NCBI GenBank assembly: GCA_951406725.2 | Contig: OX597819.1 | Location: 11,656,001-11,720,000, forward strand | Length of the DNA: 64,000 nucleotides | Source of the DNA: Octopus vulgaris | Taxonomy: Eukaryota | Direction of reading: 5' to 3' | Shown here: piece after piece, positions 40,577 through 54,880 of the stretch | Numbering within the stretch: the first letter of the stretch is position 1 | How the letters are laid out: the number at the start of each line of letters is the position of its first letter | Made by a program: the position numbers and the translations under genes | The notes under the pieces: generated by a model | Told to the model about the DNA's origin: nothing | The model's input: only the letters and a program-made list of their open reading frames with translations | The model's database searches: none

Positions 40577-40644
40577 CAATAATAAATCTCTGAACGAGAT
40601 GGCAAATATACTTCACGATATATATATATACATATATATATGTT

Positions 40645-40695
<51 letters not shown>

Positions 40696-40763
40696 TCATA
40701 TATATGAACATATATATATATATATGAACATGTATATATATATATGAATATATATATATGTGT

Positions 40764-40796
<33 letters not shown>

Positions 40797-40799
<3 letters not shown>

Positions 40800-41120
40800 T
40801 ATCGCCCGGCGTTGCTCATAAGGGAAATAATATAAAGCATTTTTAGAGAGTTATAGCCAAAAAATAGCAAAAAATGGAAAAAAATGATGGTAAATTTTTT
40901 TTTGAGAGTTAAAAAAGGTCGAGTTGCGTCCCCTATGATTCTATCGAATATATTCTTTTCAGAACTGGGGTACTTTTCAAAATTTTCGCTATAGTTTTGA
41001 ATTATGACATTGGGCTATGTGTGTGTCAAGTTTATCAGAATCGGTTGAAAGCCGTGGTCAGGGTGAGGGTACAACCAAACAGACACACAGAAACACACAC
41101 AGACAAACTGCCGTTTATAT

Positions 41121-41123
<3 letters not shown>
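40797..41123 (-). mobile_element. Helitron family variant, 3' CTAG lost into (TA)n
   Basis: CAGTATCGCCCGGCGTTGCTC...AAGCATTTTTAGAGAGTTATAGCC shared with the other Helitron copies. Confidence 0.72.
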
Positions 41124-41176
<53 letters not shown>

Positions 41177-41479
41177 AGGATGTGTTATAATACTATTCCA
41201 CATATACAAAAAACTGCCATACCAACAATCCAACATACGTCCATCATCAGCTATATATATATATATATATACATATATATACATGCATATAGAGACATGT
41301 AAACAAACATAACGTGCATATAGTCTTCACGTGTGTGTGTGTGATTTTTACATGGAAATGATTGATAGTGACTTCAATGTTTCGCCTTCCTATCAGTCAT
41401 CATAGTTTATGTTTTGTATCAAGTGGTTAATCTTACTCGTAATGAAGCGTTCGCTGTAAACAGAATCCGAAAGTCTGTT

Positions 41480-41750
41480 TACATATAATGACGCCTAGCA
41501 ACAGTTGTCAGGCACAATGGATACATGAGAGTGTGTGAAATGTGTTTCCGGTGGAGCGTGCGCAATACGAAATATGAGGATAGTGTAACGGCTTTTGAAG
41601 TGGTTGGAAACCTGTGAAAGAGGTAAGCATATACAGACATGGGGTTAAATTATAAAGATGGATCTTCGTCTCAAACGAGACAGGAAAGAACCGTGACAAA
41701 TGGAGATGAGCGTTGGTGGGGAAGGACACAACCATTGATACAAGTAGAGC
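41480..41750 (+). mobile_element. RTE-like LINE 3' remnant
   Basis: Peptide TCERGKHIQTWG*IIKMDL...NRDKWR*AL resembles the RGRP..TW...DL...DR..WR C-terminus. Confidence 0.45.
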
Positions 41751-42283
41751 AATATTAACGTGGAAAAAATGGTGATGGAGAGGATATATGGGATATACAA
41801 TATCTACACTTGAGTTTCTTACCCGTTGTCTTTCTTTTAAGTCCCCCATTGACAGTTCTCTTCGTTACTATCTCTCTCTCCCGCAAGCACTCTCACTTTT
41901 TCTCTCTCCCCCTCAAGCACCCCTCCCCTTTACTCTCTCGCTCCTTCAAGCACTCTTTCTTTCTCTCCTTTTTTCTGTCTCTGTCTCTCCCTCAAGTACC
42001 TTCTCTCTCTCTCTATCTCTCACTCTCTGACTCTCCCTCTTTTCCACTGTCCCAAGCGGGTCTAAGCGAGACTTTGTCTAAAACAATTTTTCTAAAACAC
42101 AATCTGGCTGAAAATTTTTTTAAATTGTTTCTTTTTGATGAATTCGTATTTTTTATTCATAATTTATAATCCTTCGGGTTTTATAACTAGCTGTTAGCTA
42201 TTTATAAAATCATTAGGATTATTTTAATTCAAAATGCATAAAAAAAACAAAAGATATTATTTACTGAGAGGACTTATTAAATC

Positions 42284-44084
42284 TTAAAAGGAAAGGTTCT
42301 GTGCTATAGTACGAACGGAATCAATAATATTTTGTGGATCAAAATTTTGAACAAGACTTTTTATTCGTTTTGCAGTATCTCGATTGTGCTTCTTTGGAGG
42401 TTTTGGTTCCATTCCAGCAATATACTGCTCAATCCGAATTTCGTTTAGGCTTTGTTCTTTTTGTAAAAAGTTGATAAATTTCCAGATGTTGGGGTGATGG
42501 GACCCAACTTGGATTTCGAATGCTCGATGCCATCCCTCGACAGAGTTATTTGTTTTGGGAAAATTATCAAGAACTCTTAAATACATATTCCACATACTTA
42601 GTGGTAAGAGAGGTGGGCGTCGTGCATTTCTTCTGTTGGGCCTTCCAATCCACGTATCCTCGAAATAATCAACAAGTTCTTGTGCTTCATCGGGGAATGT
42701 GTTGTTATCACATAATAACTCAAATGCTCTTGTTACTGTGCCTACTGGGAGAAATGCTAATGCTGGTAAGATCCTCATCCCTAAGACACAATTAGGATTT
42801 GTTTCATATTTTCGTTCTAAACCATTACTTTGAATTACATGAAAGATACTTTGGCTGAAGTGGAAAAAGCAACCGTTTTGTTCTGCACTCGGAAAGTCTT
42901 TCAAAAACGCTTTCATCATTGCTTTCTCAAAACCGATCGTTATTGGCAATGGCACACATGATGGTTCAAGATTCTTTATCTCATGCAAAAAATGTTATAT
43001 ATATTTCTTCTGTTTTGTCCGACAATAACGCAAATACGAGCGGCAACGAAGCTTTCTCTTTTAAACCATGTAGGGTATGGGGAAGCACTCCGTCAGTTAC
43101 GACGACGAGGGTTCCGGTTGATCCGATCAACGGAACAGCCTGCTCGTGAAATTAACGTGTAAGTGGCTGAGCACTCCACAGACACGTGCACCCTTAACGT
43201 AGTTCTCGGGGATATTCAGCGTGACACAGAGAGTGACAAGGCCGGTTGGCCCTTGAAATACAGGTACAACAGAAACAGGAAGTAAGAGTGAGAGAAAGTT
43301 GTGGTGAAAGAGTACAGCAGGGATCACCACCATCCCCTGCCGGAGCCTTGTGGAGCTTTTAGGTGTTTTCGCTCAATAAACACTCACAACGCCCGGTCTG
43401 GGAATCGAAACCGCGATCCTATGACCGCAAGTCCGCTGCCCTAACCACTGGGCCATTGCGCCTCCACGCATGTAGGGTATATAACTGTTGAAATAACAAA
43501 GGGATTGTTTTAAATGTACCGTGTGCCTACCAGTGACTGCTTAGTGATAAACACTGTAAATTATGTCTTGTCACAAATATCACAATACGCTTTTCAACTG
43601 GTCCTGAGTCGTAAAGCAGAAATTGATCACCTTTAAAAGATTTAGTAAGTTCAGATGGAAAAACTATTTCACTGCAAGTTGATGGTAGGGGCGGTTCAGT
43701 AAGGGTTTGTTGCTTTATAGATCTTATTGTTCACTTAATACTTTGCATTTTTGGTAGTTTAGAGGCAACAGCTTGATCGCAATCATCGAGAACATTAGAT
43801 ATAACTGAATCTGGTGCATCTTGCGTTGACTTCGCCAGTTGACGTATTTTTGAAATGGCTTCTTTTTCTGCAATTTCAGCGGCATCAAAAATATGATTAT
43901 GGCCGTTGAAAAATTTCCCAATTTCATCCTTTACAGTAATTATGCGAGCACGGTATTTTGTTCTTGGATATTTTTCGCACTTCCAATAAACACGCTCACC
44001 ATTTTTACCATTCTTATAGTATGTATGTCCATTATCAACCAGCTTCTTACGACCTTTTTCTGATTCAGTAAATTCAACAGACAT
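42284..44084 (-). pseudogene. FLYWCH zinc finger + MULE transposase pseudogene
   Basis: SEKGRKKLVDNGHTY...YWKC...HNH (FLYWCH, second Cys>Tyr); W*AHGTFK...QQLYTLHG (DGTF Asp>His plus stop); TIGFEKA (DFE Asp>Gly); GCFFHFSQ; TNNSVEGWH. Confidence 0.92.
43079..43468 (-). mobile_element. SINE family C inserted in the MULE ORF with 12-bp TSD
   Basis: CATGTAGGGTAT at 43067-43078 and 43469-43480; removal restores QQLYTLHGLKEKASLPLVFALL. Confidence 0.95.
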
Positions 44085-44109
44085 CTTTGGCTATGGGTCT
44101 TCTCACTCT

Positions 44110-44293
44110 CTTTCTCTTTCTTTTACTTGTTTCAGTCATTTGACTGCGGCCATGCTGGAGCACCGCCTTTTAGTCGAGCAAATCGACCCCGGGACTTATT
44201 CAAGGCTTATTCTATGGTCTCTTTTGCCGAACCGCTAAGTAACGGGGACGTAAACACACCAGCATCGGTTGTCAAGCAATGCTAGGGGGACAG

Positions 44294-44345
<52 letters not shown>

Positions 44346-44490
44346 CATATATACGACAGGCTTCTTTCAGTTTCCGTCTAAGATCCACTCACAAGGCATT
44401 GGTCGGCCCGGGGCTATAGCAGAAGACACTTGCCCTGAACCCGGAACCATGTGGTTGGTTAGGAAGCTACTTACCACACAGCCACTCCCC
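44110..44490 (-). mobile_element. SINE family A nested in the MULE 5' region
   Basis: Matches consensus with small deletions. Confidence 0.88.
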
Positions 44491-45232
44491 AATAAGAAAT
44501 TAGTTTTTAGTAAACAACTAGTTTTATTCCATATTATCGCAAACGACTATTTATGATCAATAGCATGAGTAAACAACATTTCCTTTCCATTTCCTACGAA
44601 TTCATCAAAACAGAAACAATTTTTATTTTTCAGTCAGATTGTGTTTTAGACAAATTGTTTCAGGATTAATACTGTTTTAGACGAATTGCATTTAGACCAA
44701 TTTAGACCAACTCGCCGGATACCGTCCCAAGCTGTCTATGCAATGAAGCAGTGGCCTTCCATTTGTATTCATTTGCTCAACTTTGTTCCTCCTTATATCA
44801 CTCTACTTCTCTTCCATTACCACGTCCCTGTTACAAGGATTGCATACAATATTTCTGTCCAGGAGATTTTTCCATCATCCTTTCTTTACAACAGCTCTCT
44901 CTCTTTTTTTGTCTTTCTTTCCCCTCTCTCTCTTTGTCTCTCTCTCTTTCTTTCCCTCTTTCTTCCCCCCCTCTCTCTCTCTCTTTCATGTGATGATTCT
45001 TCATTAACATCGACCACATGCATAATTTCTCAATCCAAAACCGCTCACTTTTATCATCACCCATCTTTCTTACTCCCACATTAAAACTGCTCGTGTGTTA
45101 CCCCACTATTGAAAACATGCCAAAAGTACTAACACCGTTATATATATGTGTGTGTGTGTGAGTGTGTGTGTGTATTCTAAATGGTATAATTTAATTTTTT
45201 CCTTATTGAATTGATAAAAGGTGTTTTTTCTA

Positions 45233-45348
<116 letters not shown>

Positions 45349-45349
45349 G

Positions 45350-45816
45350 TTGTGTGTGTATATGTTTGTGTGTCTGTTTGTCCCCCCCCCCCCAACATCG
45401 CTTGACAACCGATACTGGTGTGTTTACGTCCCCGTAACTTTAGCGGTTCGGCCAAAGAGACCGATAGAATAAGTACTAGGCATCCAAAGAATAAGTCCTG
45501 GGGTCGATTTTCTCGACTGAAGGTGGTGCACCAGCATGGCCACAGTCAAACGACTGAAACAAGTAAAAGAGTTAAAAAGAGAGAGTAATGGTAGCTTGAC
45601 GAAGGGAAGTTTATAAACGTCTCTCAATTTGTAGACATTGAGCAAAGATAAGGCGCAGGAGTAGCTGTGTGGTAAGTAGCTTGCTAACCAACCACATGGT
45701 TCTGGGTTCAGTCCCACAGCGTGGCATCTTGGGCAAGTGTCTTCTGCTATAGCCCCGGGCCGACCAATGCCTTGTGAGTGGATTTGGTAGACGGAAACTG
45801 AAAGAAGCCTGTCGTA

Positions 45817-45875
<59 letters not shown>

Positions 45876-46080
45876 ATCTGTGTTTGTTCCCCTAGCATTG
45901 CTTGACAACCGATACTGGTGTGTTTACGTCCCCGTAACTTAGCAGTTCGGCTAAAGAGACCGATATAATAAGTACTGGGCTTACAAAGAATAAGTCCCGG
46001 GGTCGATTTGCTCGACTAAAATGCGGTGCTCCAGCATGGCCGCAGACAATTGACTGAAACAAGTAAAAGAGTATAAAAGA
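45350..46080 (+). mobile_element. SINE family A: 3' module (45350-45575) and full copy (45652-46080)
   Basis: Matches consensus. Confidence 0.87.
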
Positions 46081-46104
46081 AAAACAACTGGGAAACAGAA
46101 TAGA

Positions 46105-46475
46105 GGGTGTACGCTATACCCCTTCATACACCCCGCCATTTCGGGTGTACGCCATACCCCTTCATACACCGCCATTTCGGGTGTACGCCACCGCCATTTC
46201 GGGTGTACCTTCATACACCGCCATTTCGGTGTACGCCATACCCCTTCATACACCGCCATTTCGGGTGTACGCCATACCCCTTCATACACATTTCGGGTGT
46301 ACGCCACCCCTTCATACACCGCCATTTCGGTGTACGCCATACCCCTTCATACACCGCCATTTCGGGTGTACGCCATACCCCTTCATACACCGCCATTTCG
46401 GGTGTACGCCATACCCCTTCATACACCGCCATTTCGGGTGTACGCCATACCCCTTCATACACCTCCATTTCGGTT
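46105..46475. repeat. 36-bp GC-rich minisatellite, about 10 units
   Basis: Unit GGGTGTACGCCATACCCCTTCATACACCGCCATTTC with internal deletions; no spacers. Confidence 0.93.
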
Positions 46476-46679
46476 TTTGTAGAAAACAAGTCACGTAAAT
46501 TAGAAACCTAATCCATGAATATATCACATTTAAAATTATCTTTAATCTTTAAAAATCAACACAGTTTTTATGGAGCTATTAAATGATTTTCTTTCGAATT
46601 TCCTTGTTTTGTGTTTTGGTTGAGGTTTTTTTTTTTGGGGGGGGGGGGTTACCGAATTTTCATTTTAACTACAAATAAA

Positions 46680-47263
46680 TGTTGGTTTCGAATTTTGGCA
46701 CAAGGCTAGCAATTTTGAGGGAGGAGGGGGCCAGTCGATTACATCGACCCTAGTATCCAGCTGGTACTTATATTATCGACCCTGAATGGATGAAAGGTAA
46801 AGTCCACCACGGCGGAATTTGAACGTGAAGACGGACGAAATACCTATTTCTTTACTACCCACAAGGGGCTAAACACAGAGAGGACAAACAAGGACAGACA
46901 AACGGATTAAGTCGATTATATCGACCCCAGTACGTAACTGGTACTTATTTAATCGACCCCGAAAGGATGAAAGGCAAAGTCGACCTCGGCGGAATTTGAA
47001 CTCAGAACGTAACGGCAGACGAAATACCTATTTCTTTACTACCCACAAGGGGCTAAACACAGAGAGGACAAACAAGGACAGACAAACGGATTAAGTCGAT
47101 TATATCGACCCCAGTACGTAACTGGTACTTATTTAATCGACCCCGAAAGGATGAAAGGCAAAGTCGACCTCGGCGGAATTTGAACTCAGAACGTAACGGC
47201 AGACGAAATACGGCTACGCATTTCGTCCGGCGTGCTAACGTTTCTGCAGCCAGCAAGCTCGCC
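46680..47263 (-). mobile_element. SINE family B, tandem trimer
   Basis: Bodies joined at GAAATACC|TATTTC (~46843, ~47027). Confidence 0.88.
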
Positions 47264-47485
47264 TTAAAATATGTAAATATAAACACACGACATGTAAGCT
47301 GTGAATATGATGATGTAATTTACAGATTTCATTTGAATTTTGCCAGTTATTTCTGTCACTAATCCATTCAGTGAATGCGGGTATTACGATTTACAACATT
47401 AGTATTAAAAAAAAGAACATTGGTAAGAATTTTATGTGGTCTAATAGAGGAAGTAGTGCATGGAAGAGGTGATTCCAGAGTTACC

Positions 47486-47831
47486 TATTTCTTTACTACC
47501 CACAAGGGGCTAAACACAGAGGGGACAAACAAGGACAGACAAACGGATTAAGTCGATTATATCGACCCCAGTACGTAACTGGTACTTATTTAATCGACCC
47601 CGAAAGGATGAAAGGCAAAGTCGACCTCGGCGGAATTTGAACTCAGAACGTAACGGCTGACGAAATACCTATTTCTTTACTACCCACAAGGGGCTAAACA
47701 CAGAGGGGACAAACAAGGACTGACAAACGTATAAAGTCGATTACATCGACCCCAGTGCGTAACTGGTACTTAATTTATCGACCCGCTAAGCATTTCGCCC
47801 GGCGTGCTAACGTTTCTGCCAGCTCGCCGCC
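47486..47831 (-). mobile_element. SINE family B, tandem dimer
   Basis: Junction GAAATACC|TATTTC at ~47668; head at 47831. Confidence 0.87.
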
Positions 47832-48023
47832 TTGTAACCACGAGTTACCGCCCTTGTGTGGCATCAACTCTTGTGACACCGTTGCTTGTTCCAAACATAC
47901 CCTTTTCTATTTCTTTCTAGGCCTGTCTTAGTTTTTTAGAGGCTCCATCTACCTTATCATTCTACAACCATGTTACCTTCTGTTTCGCTAGAATCTGGAC
48001 CCACCCAAAGATATGGTCGATGG

Positions 48024-48181
48024 CAGGGGCGGACTGAGCCATCGGTCAATCGGGTACGGCCCGAGAGCCCAGAGCTCTGAGGGGCCCGCACTCTACATGT
48101 TAACTCTACTAAAACACATAATCAAAGGGGCCCGGTAAACAGTTATACCCGAGGGCCCTTAATACTTTCAGTCCGCCCCTG
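48024..48181. mobile_element. hAT-type MITE (158 bp)
   Basis: Perfect 14-bp TIR CAGGGGCGGACTGA/TCAGTCCGCCCCTG; 8-bp TSD GTCGATGG/GTTGATGG. Confidence 0.9.
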
Positions 48182-48329
48182 GTTGATGGCGAGCAGTTCG
48201 TAGTTTGATAGTTTGATACAAATTCTCTGTTGTCTTCTACGTTATAACTCCATAACACAAAAGCCTATAATGTATAAGACAATTCTTTTTCACTTACACG
48301 TCACCAAGTACTTTTTTGAATCTACGTCT

Positions 48330-48900
48330 AGCTGAGAAGTCTTTCGGTTGCCATATCTTCCCACTGCAGATTTTCAAGTCTCCCTCAGTTTGTCTAACTC
48401 TTACTCTGAAGTCACTCATCACTAAACTCAGTTGAGCGCAACATGGTTTTTTTTTCAGAAATACTTAGCATCCACAACCAACTTTATATCTCATTTTCGC
48501 GAGAAGGTCTAGTTTGCATGTTCATCCAAGTGGTAGGTGATCAGAAGCTTTACCGGTTTTCTGAAATTAGCGTTGCAAATAAGTAGGTCATTTGCATCAC
48601 AGCACTCCAAGCTTATTCACCCTTCTTTATTTTATTTACCACAAACATAGACTTAATATATAGCAGAACAGCCATCCCAACTCATAAATCAGCAGCCGTA
48701 GTAATGAGATTACTGTCATTTATTATCAAGGTGATCTGTGAGAGGATTTCATACAAACAGTCATTTTGCTCATCTGTCAGTTGTGACTGTAGAGCAAATG
48801 TAGAGATAACTGTTGATGTCATGATGTCTATGACTAATTTACGTTTAACTATTCTACCACAGACTATGAAAACTTCAGTTATTTTATCCATTTCTCTGCC
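48330..48900 (-). pseudogene. APE endonuclease remnant of an RTE-like LINE
   Basis: GRIVKRKLV...VISTFALQ...DEQNDCLYEIL...ADL then DANDLLICNANFRK...LITY, fitting SAYAPQ / GDFN / NTxF motifs; stops. Confidence 0.7.
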
Positions 48901-49781
48901 ATTGACATGCCTGTTCTACTTATTACAGCTCTGTTGCCGAGCCAAAAGAATTTGTACACGTATTTCTTGTTCTTGAGGGGTATGCCTGAGGATTCCCTCC
49001 ATCCTACCTCCTGTACACAACACACATTCTAGATTCTAGAATCGCATCTTTAAAATATCCTCATGTCAATGCTAAAGGTGAAAGCCCTAGTGTTGCTGAT
49101 TGATTTGACTGTAGTGTTTTTATAGGTTTCCACCCAACTACATTGCAGCACAGACTGGGTACATTTTTATTGTGCCACCACCACGATAGATGTTCTCTGA
49201 AACAACTAAGTGCCGCCTATACATTGGAGCAGTTTTTATTCAAATAACTCTTTTCTTAGATGTGGTACCATCGTTGCGGCACGCAGAGTCCGCGTCGTCC
49301 TGACGGTGTATAGTAGTGAATCTTAAACTGATGAATACCTCTTCTCTCAAACGATAATACTGAATCCGTCCTTCTCTTCTTTATAAAAGATTTTGCATCT
49401 AAATAATTATTCTTTCTTTGGTATGAGACAAATTAAAAAACTTTTAAACCATATTGATTTTATTAGTCATGGCAAGTTCCCGTCCGCATTTCAATCCTCA
49501 TAAAGACCACCCCCTATGAGAAACACTGATTTTCTGTCATATAGGAAACTTTTGATATCTTCATTTTTTTTTTTTACACTGAATTATCAACAGAAAATGA
49601 TCTTCAGCGCTATTATCAACATCAGAGAGCTTTAAAGGCAAAATTTGAAGGAACTTATTCTCTGGAATAGCAAGAAAGCAACTAGACTTCTTCAAGTTAA
49701 TTTATTCTAACTTTGCTGAGACTCGTAAATCTGCTGGTGATACATGGTGAGTCATCTGCTGTCGATTCAGCCCCTTCTTCA

Positions 49782-50170
49782 GTGGAGCTGCAATGACCCA
49801 GTGGTTAGGACAGCGGACTCGCGGTCGGAGGATCGCGGTTTCGATTCCCAGACCGGACTTTATGAATGTTTATTGAGCGAAAACACCTAAAGCTCCACGA
49901 GGCTCCGGCAGGGGATGGTGGCGACCCCTGTTGTACTCTTTCGCTCCAACTTTCTCTCACTCTTTCTTCCTGTTTCTTGTCCCCGACTTCCTACGCAACC
50001 GCTGAGCCTGAATGCGCATTCATCCACCCTTCGATGATCTCGGTGTCAGGAGTTGACCTGCTTTCTCTTCTGCGGGTCTTACGAATAGCAAAGGAACACG
50101 TTTCGGACTTCTCCCATCTTGCGAGCTCTGGGACGAAGACCGTTCGCTCAACAGCAACAGCAACAGCAGT
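49782..50170 (+). mobile_element. SINE family C with alternative tail type 3 ending in (CAACAG)n
   Basis: Head and body to ~49975, then distinct tail. Confidence 0.8.
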
Positions 50171-50389
50171 CTCTTCTTCAATCACCTAACATTCTCGGGC
50201 GATAGAGGCAAGGAAAATGGAGTCTCATGCTTCTGTTAACACATAGCAACAAGCCATCGCCCGTGTATCTAACTCCACCGCCCCTGCCGAATCTACTTCA
50301 TCTATTGTGTGCCACACATAACAACTTGCAGAATTAACTTCTTCATTTTTACAAACTCCGATATATATTTATGTTTCATAAAATAAATG

Positions 50390-50609
50390 TTTCCTTCTCG
50401 AGCCATGCCAGGCTCGTGATGACCGGTTTCCCCGCTTCAATGGCGTATAAATTCCCGCCGGTCCGTCGCAGGATTATTCGTTTTAGACTGAAGCAACGGG
50501 AAATGAAGTGTTTTGCTCAAGAACACAACGCATCGCCCGGTCCAGGAATCGAAATCACAATCTTACGACCATGAGTCCAACACCCAAACCACTAAACTAC
50601 ACACCTCCA
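50390..50609 (-). mobile_element. older SINE related to the family C head, with a TGTGTTCTTGAGCAAAACACTT core
   Basis: Minus strand TGGAGGTGTGTAGTTTAGTGG...GATTTCGATTCCTGGACCGGGCG. Confidence 0.65.
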
Positions 50610-50972
50610 TTTTATACCATATGTTACATATATATATTATATCATACCTTGGTACTGTGTGGACTAAGATCCCCATTGATAGGCCACTGGTATTTATAGA
50701 GTGTTAAACACTTTCGATATGCAAATTAGGAACCCCTTCATTGAGTAACTGCTGCATTTGTTAAGTATATAAATAGATTGGCTGCTTGCTTTTTTCCTGG
50801 AGATTGTTAGACTGACGTGGACGCTTCTGATGAGAACCCAATAAAAATAGTTTAAAGTTGTTCATCATTTTTTTCAGTCTGCGGAGAAATGGCTAAAATT
50901 TGCCCAGTTTATAATTATACCATATATTACATATAATGTTTACATTATTTTTTTGTCAGTGTTTATACAGTG

Positions 50973-51529
<557 letters not shown>

Positions 51530-51634
51530 ATAATAATTATATACACACCTATTACACTAACTCCGCCGACGGTTAAATCGGACAATCTTCTTAAGCAGAC
51601 AACTTCACCCCATATGCACGGTTTATTGAGGGTT

Positions 51635-52042
51635 CACTCTTTACTCCTTAATTTGTTTCAGTCATTAGACCGCAGCCATACTGGCGCCATACCACCTTGA
51701 TGAGTTGATGAGTTGGTCTCAATATTAATTTTAAATCTGGTTCTTATTCTATCATTTTCTATAAAGCACAAACACAAGGTTACAGACGTAAACAAACTAA
51801 CACAGGTTTGTTAAGCAGTGAGAGGCGAACACAAAACACACGCGCATATGTATATATGCGTGTGTGTGTGTGTGTATTTATACGAAGGCTTCACATAGTT
51901 TCCGTCAACCAAATTTATTCACAGGGCATTGAGTTGGACCGGTGTTGTACTACATAATACTTGTCCAAGGTGCCGCGAAGTAGAACTGAACTCGAAGCTA
52001 CGAGTCTACAAAGCGAACTTCTTCCCCATACAGCCATGCCTA
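51635..52042 (-). mobile_element. old diverged SINE family A copy
   Basis: TTGTTTCAGTCATTAGACCGCAGCC...ACAGCCATGCCTAC. Confidence 0.6.
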
Positions 52043-52159
52043 CATCTTTCAGTGTGTGCTGTATGAGCACACACACACACACACACACATAACACATACA
52101 CACACAGCACATACACACACACACACACATGCACACACACACATATACACACACACACA

Positions 52160-52192
<33 letters not shown>

Positions 52193-52484
52193 ACACTTAC
52201 ACACACACATATACACACACACATACACACACACATACATACACACATACACACACACACACACACAACACATACACACAACACATGCACACATACATAC
52301 ACACACACACATACACACATACACACACACACACACACCCAAACACACACACACAACACATACACACACACGCACGCACATGCTTTAGCAGAGATGTCCA
52401 TAAATACATGTAACTTATTTATATACGCCCGTGCGTGTATATATATGACTGTGTGTGTGTGTGTATGTGTGTATTTGCATGTGT

Positions 52485-52536
<52 letters not shown>

Positions 52537-52980
52537 GTCAATGTCCAACTCTTATCTCCGTCTTTTACTATTACGTTTTAACCGCCTTTGGCTAAGCCTA
52601 CTTGACAGGGAACTTAATACCTCTCCTTTTTACTCACTCACTCATTCTCTCACTAATTCACTTACCTCCTCTCTCTCCCACACATATAATTGAGCGAATG
52701 CGTGTTGTGTTTGTGTTTGTGTGTGAGAGAGAGAGAGAGAGAAAGAGAGAAAGAGACAAGGAGAGAGAGAGAGAGATGGAGAGAGACTCCGCTCCTCCTG
52801 TACTTGAGTGGGTGTTATTCTCACAACATGCAGCTCTCAGAAGGTGAAAAAATGGGTGAAAAAATGAATGGCGAATCTAGTGGAGTGTCCTTGAACATAT
52901 TAACAGATAGGCTTGTGTGTGTGGGTGGAGCGTGCATGCGTATGTATGTGCTAGTATATATATATATATATATATATATA

Positions 52981-53372
52981 GGCGCAGGTGTGGCTGTGTG
53001 GTAAGTAGCTTGCTAACCAGCCACATGGTTCCGGGTTCAGTCCCACTACGTGGCACCTTGGGCAAGTGTCTTCTGCTATAGCCCCGGGCCGACCAAAGCC
53101 TTGTGAGTGGATTTGGTAGACGGAAATTGAAAGAACCCTGTCGTATATATGTATATATATATGTGTGTGTGTCTGTATTTGTCCCCCTAGCATTGCTTGA
53201 CAACCGATGCTGGTGTGCTTATGTCCCCGTCACTTAGCGGTTCGGCAAAAGAGACTGATAGAATAAGTACTGGGCATATAAAGAATAAGTCCCGGGGTCG
53301 AGTTGCTCGACTAAAGGCGGTGCTCCAGCATGGCCGCAGTCAAATGACTGAAACAAGTAAAAGAGTAAAAGA
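52981..53372 (+). mobile_element. SINE family A, full length
   Basis: Matches consensus. Confidence 0.9.
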
Positions 53373-53517
53373 GTATATATATATATATATACACACATAC
53401 AGATATACGTACACACATGCATATAGATAAACAAGCAGACAGACAGACAGATAGATTTAAAATGCATATGTAAACATCAAAATTTATATTCTTATTTGTG
53501 TGTGTGTGTGTGTGTGT

Positions 53518-53680
53518 ACGACGGGCTTCTTTCAGTTTCCGTCTCCCAAATCCACCCACAAGCCTTTGGTCGGCCGATGCTATAGTAGGAGACTCCTGAC
53601 CAAGATACCACGCAGTGGGACTGAACCCGGAACCATGTGGTTGGAAAGTAAGCTGTTACCACACAGCCACGCCTTCGCCT
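53518..53680 (-). mobile_element. SINE family A, 5' part
   Basis: Head and body up to the internal microsatellite. Confidence 0.8.
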
Positions 53681-53703
53681 ATGTGTATGTGTGTGTGAGT
53701 GTG

Positions 53704-53764
<61 letters not shown>

Positions 53765-53881
53765 AAACACGAAGTGAAATATATTTGGAAACAACATATT
53801 CCTTTAACACGTATTTAAATGTATATCTGTATGTATGGTTCAGTATGTGCATGTATGTACGAGTGTGTAAAAGTGTGTGCA

Positions 53882-53935
<54 letters not shown>

Positions 53936-54025
53936 TACATAAACACGTGTGCGTGCATATGTATATACATACATATATACACGCACATACATTATAATAT
54001 ATATATATAAATGTATAAATATATA

Positions 54026-54411
54026 TGTTTATATATAAAAGTCAAATTGTGTGTCTGTCTCCTACGATTTAGATTCCTAACTACTCCCACATTTTGAGGT
54101 GCAGTTTAACCAAAACCGGGTATCTTATAGTTGTGATTCATATCGAGCCCTTCTGGGTCTACGATGAGTCTACGATTTAAAAAAAAAAGTACCATCAGTT
54201 TTTCCCATTTTTAATGCATTTTGTCGCTATTATATAAGGGAAGTAACTCTCTAAAAATGTCTACGATGAGTCAACGATTTAAAAAAAAATTTACCATCAT
54301 TTTTTTCCCATTTTTAAGGCATTTTTTGCTATTTTTTGGCTATAACTCTCTAAAAATGCTTATATAGTTATTTCCCTTACAAACCCGAGCAACGCCGGGC
54401 GATACTGCTAG
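54026..54411 (+). mobile_element. non-autonomous Helitron with internal tandem duplication
   Basis: 3' hairpin plus CTAG|T; GTCTACGATGAGTC...AACTCTCTAAAAATG segment present twice; 5' TC reads TG. Confidence 0.87.
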
Positions 54412-54777
54412 TTATATATATACAGAGAAAACGAGAGAGGTGGATTGGCAGAGTGTTTGGAACGGGTGATAGATTGCATTGTGGTATTTACGCCTGCTCC
54501 ATGAACTGAAATCCCACCGAGAGCAAATTTACCAATCATTATTCAAAACAAGATTTTCAGAAATTTTAGATCGTTGAATGCCAAGGGTTATTGGCCTCGT
54601 GAGTTCAAATCCCACGCTCTGTTAGCGAAAATAAAGTGAAAAAATTTCAAAATATTTTGAAGTGCTTTAACTGGATGCATTTCCTGTTATATGTTATGCA
54701 AACTGGAAACGTACGTATTAAATGGTTTCAAACTATTACTATTTGGTCTGACCTCATTATTACAACTACAGACAGAC

Positions 54778-54880
<103 letters not shown>

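Larger units (their letters stand above)
42058..44723 (-). mobile_element. full-length inactivated Mutator-like (MULE) transposon
   Basis: 9-bp TSD GTCCCAAGC (42049-42057, 44724-44732); long imperfect TIRs (TCTAAAACACAATCTG.CTGAAAA...TTGATGAATTCGTA at both ends); GG...CC termini. Confidence 0.92.

Noticed and set aside
46105-46475. CRISPR-like 36-bp repeats
   Set aside because: No unique spacers, no cas genes, eukaryotic context
50830-50865. CTGATGAG hammerhead start
   Set aside because: No matching GAAA or stem III downstream
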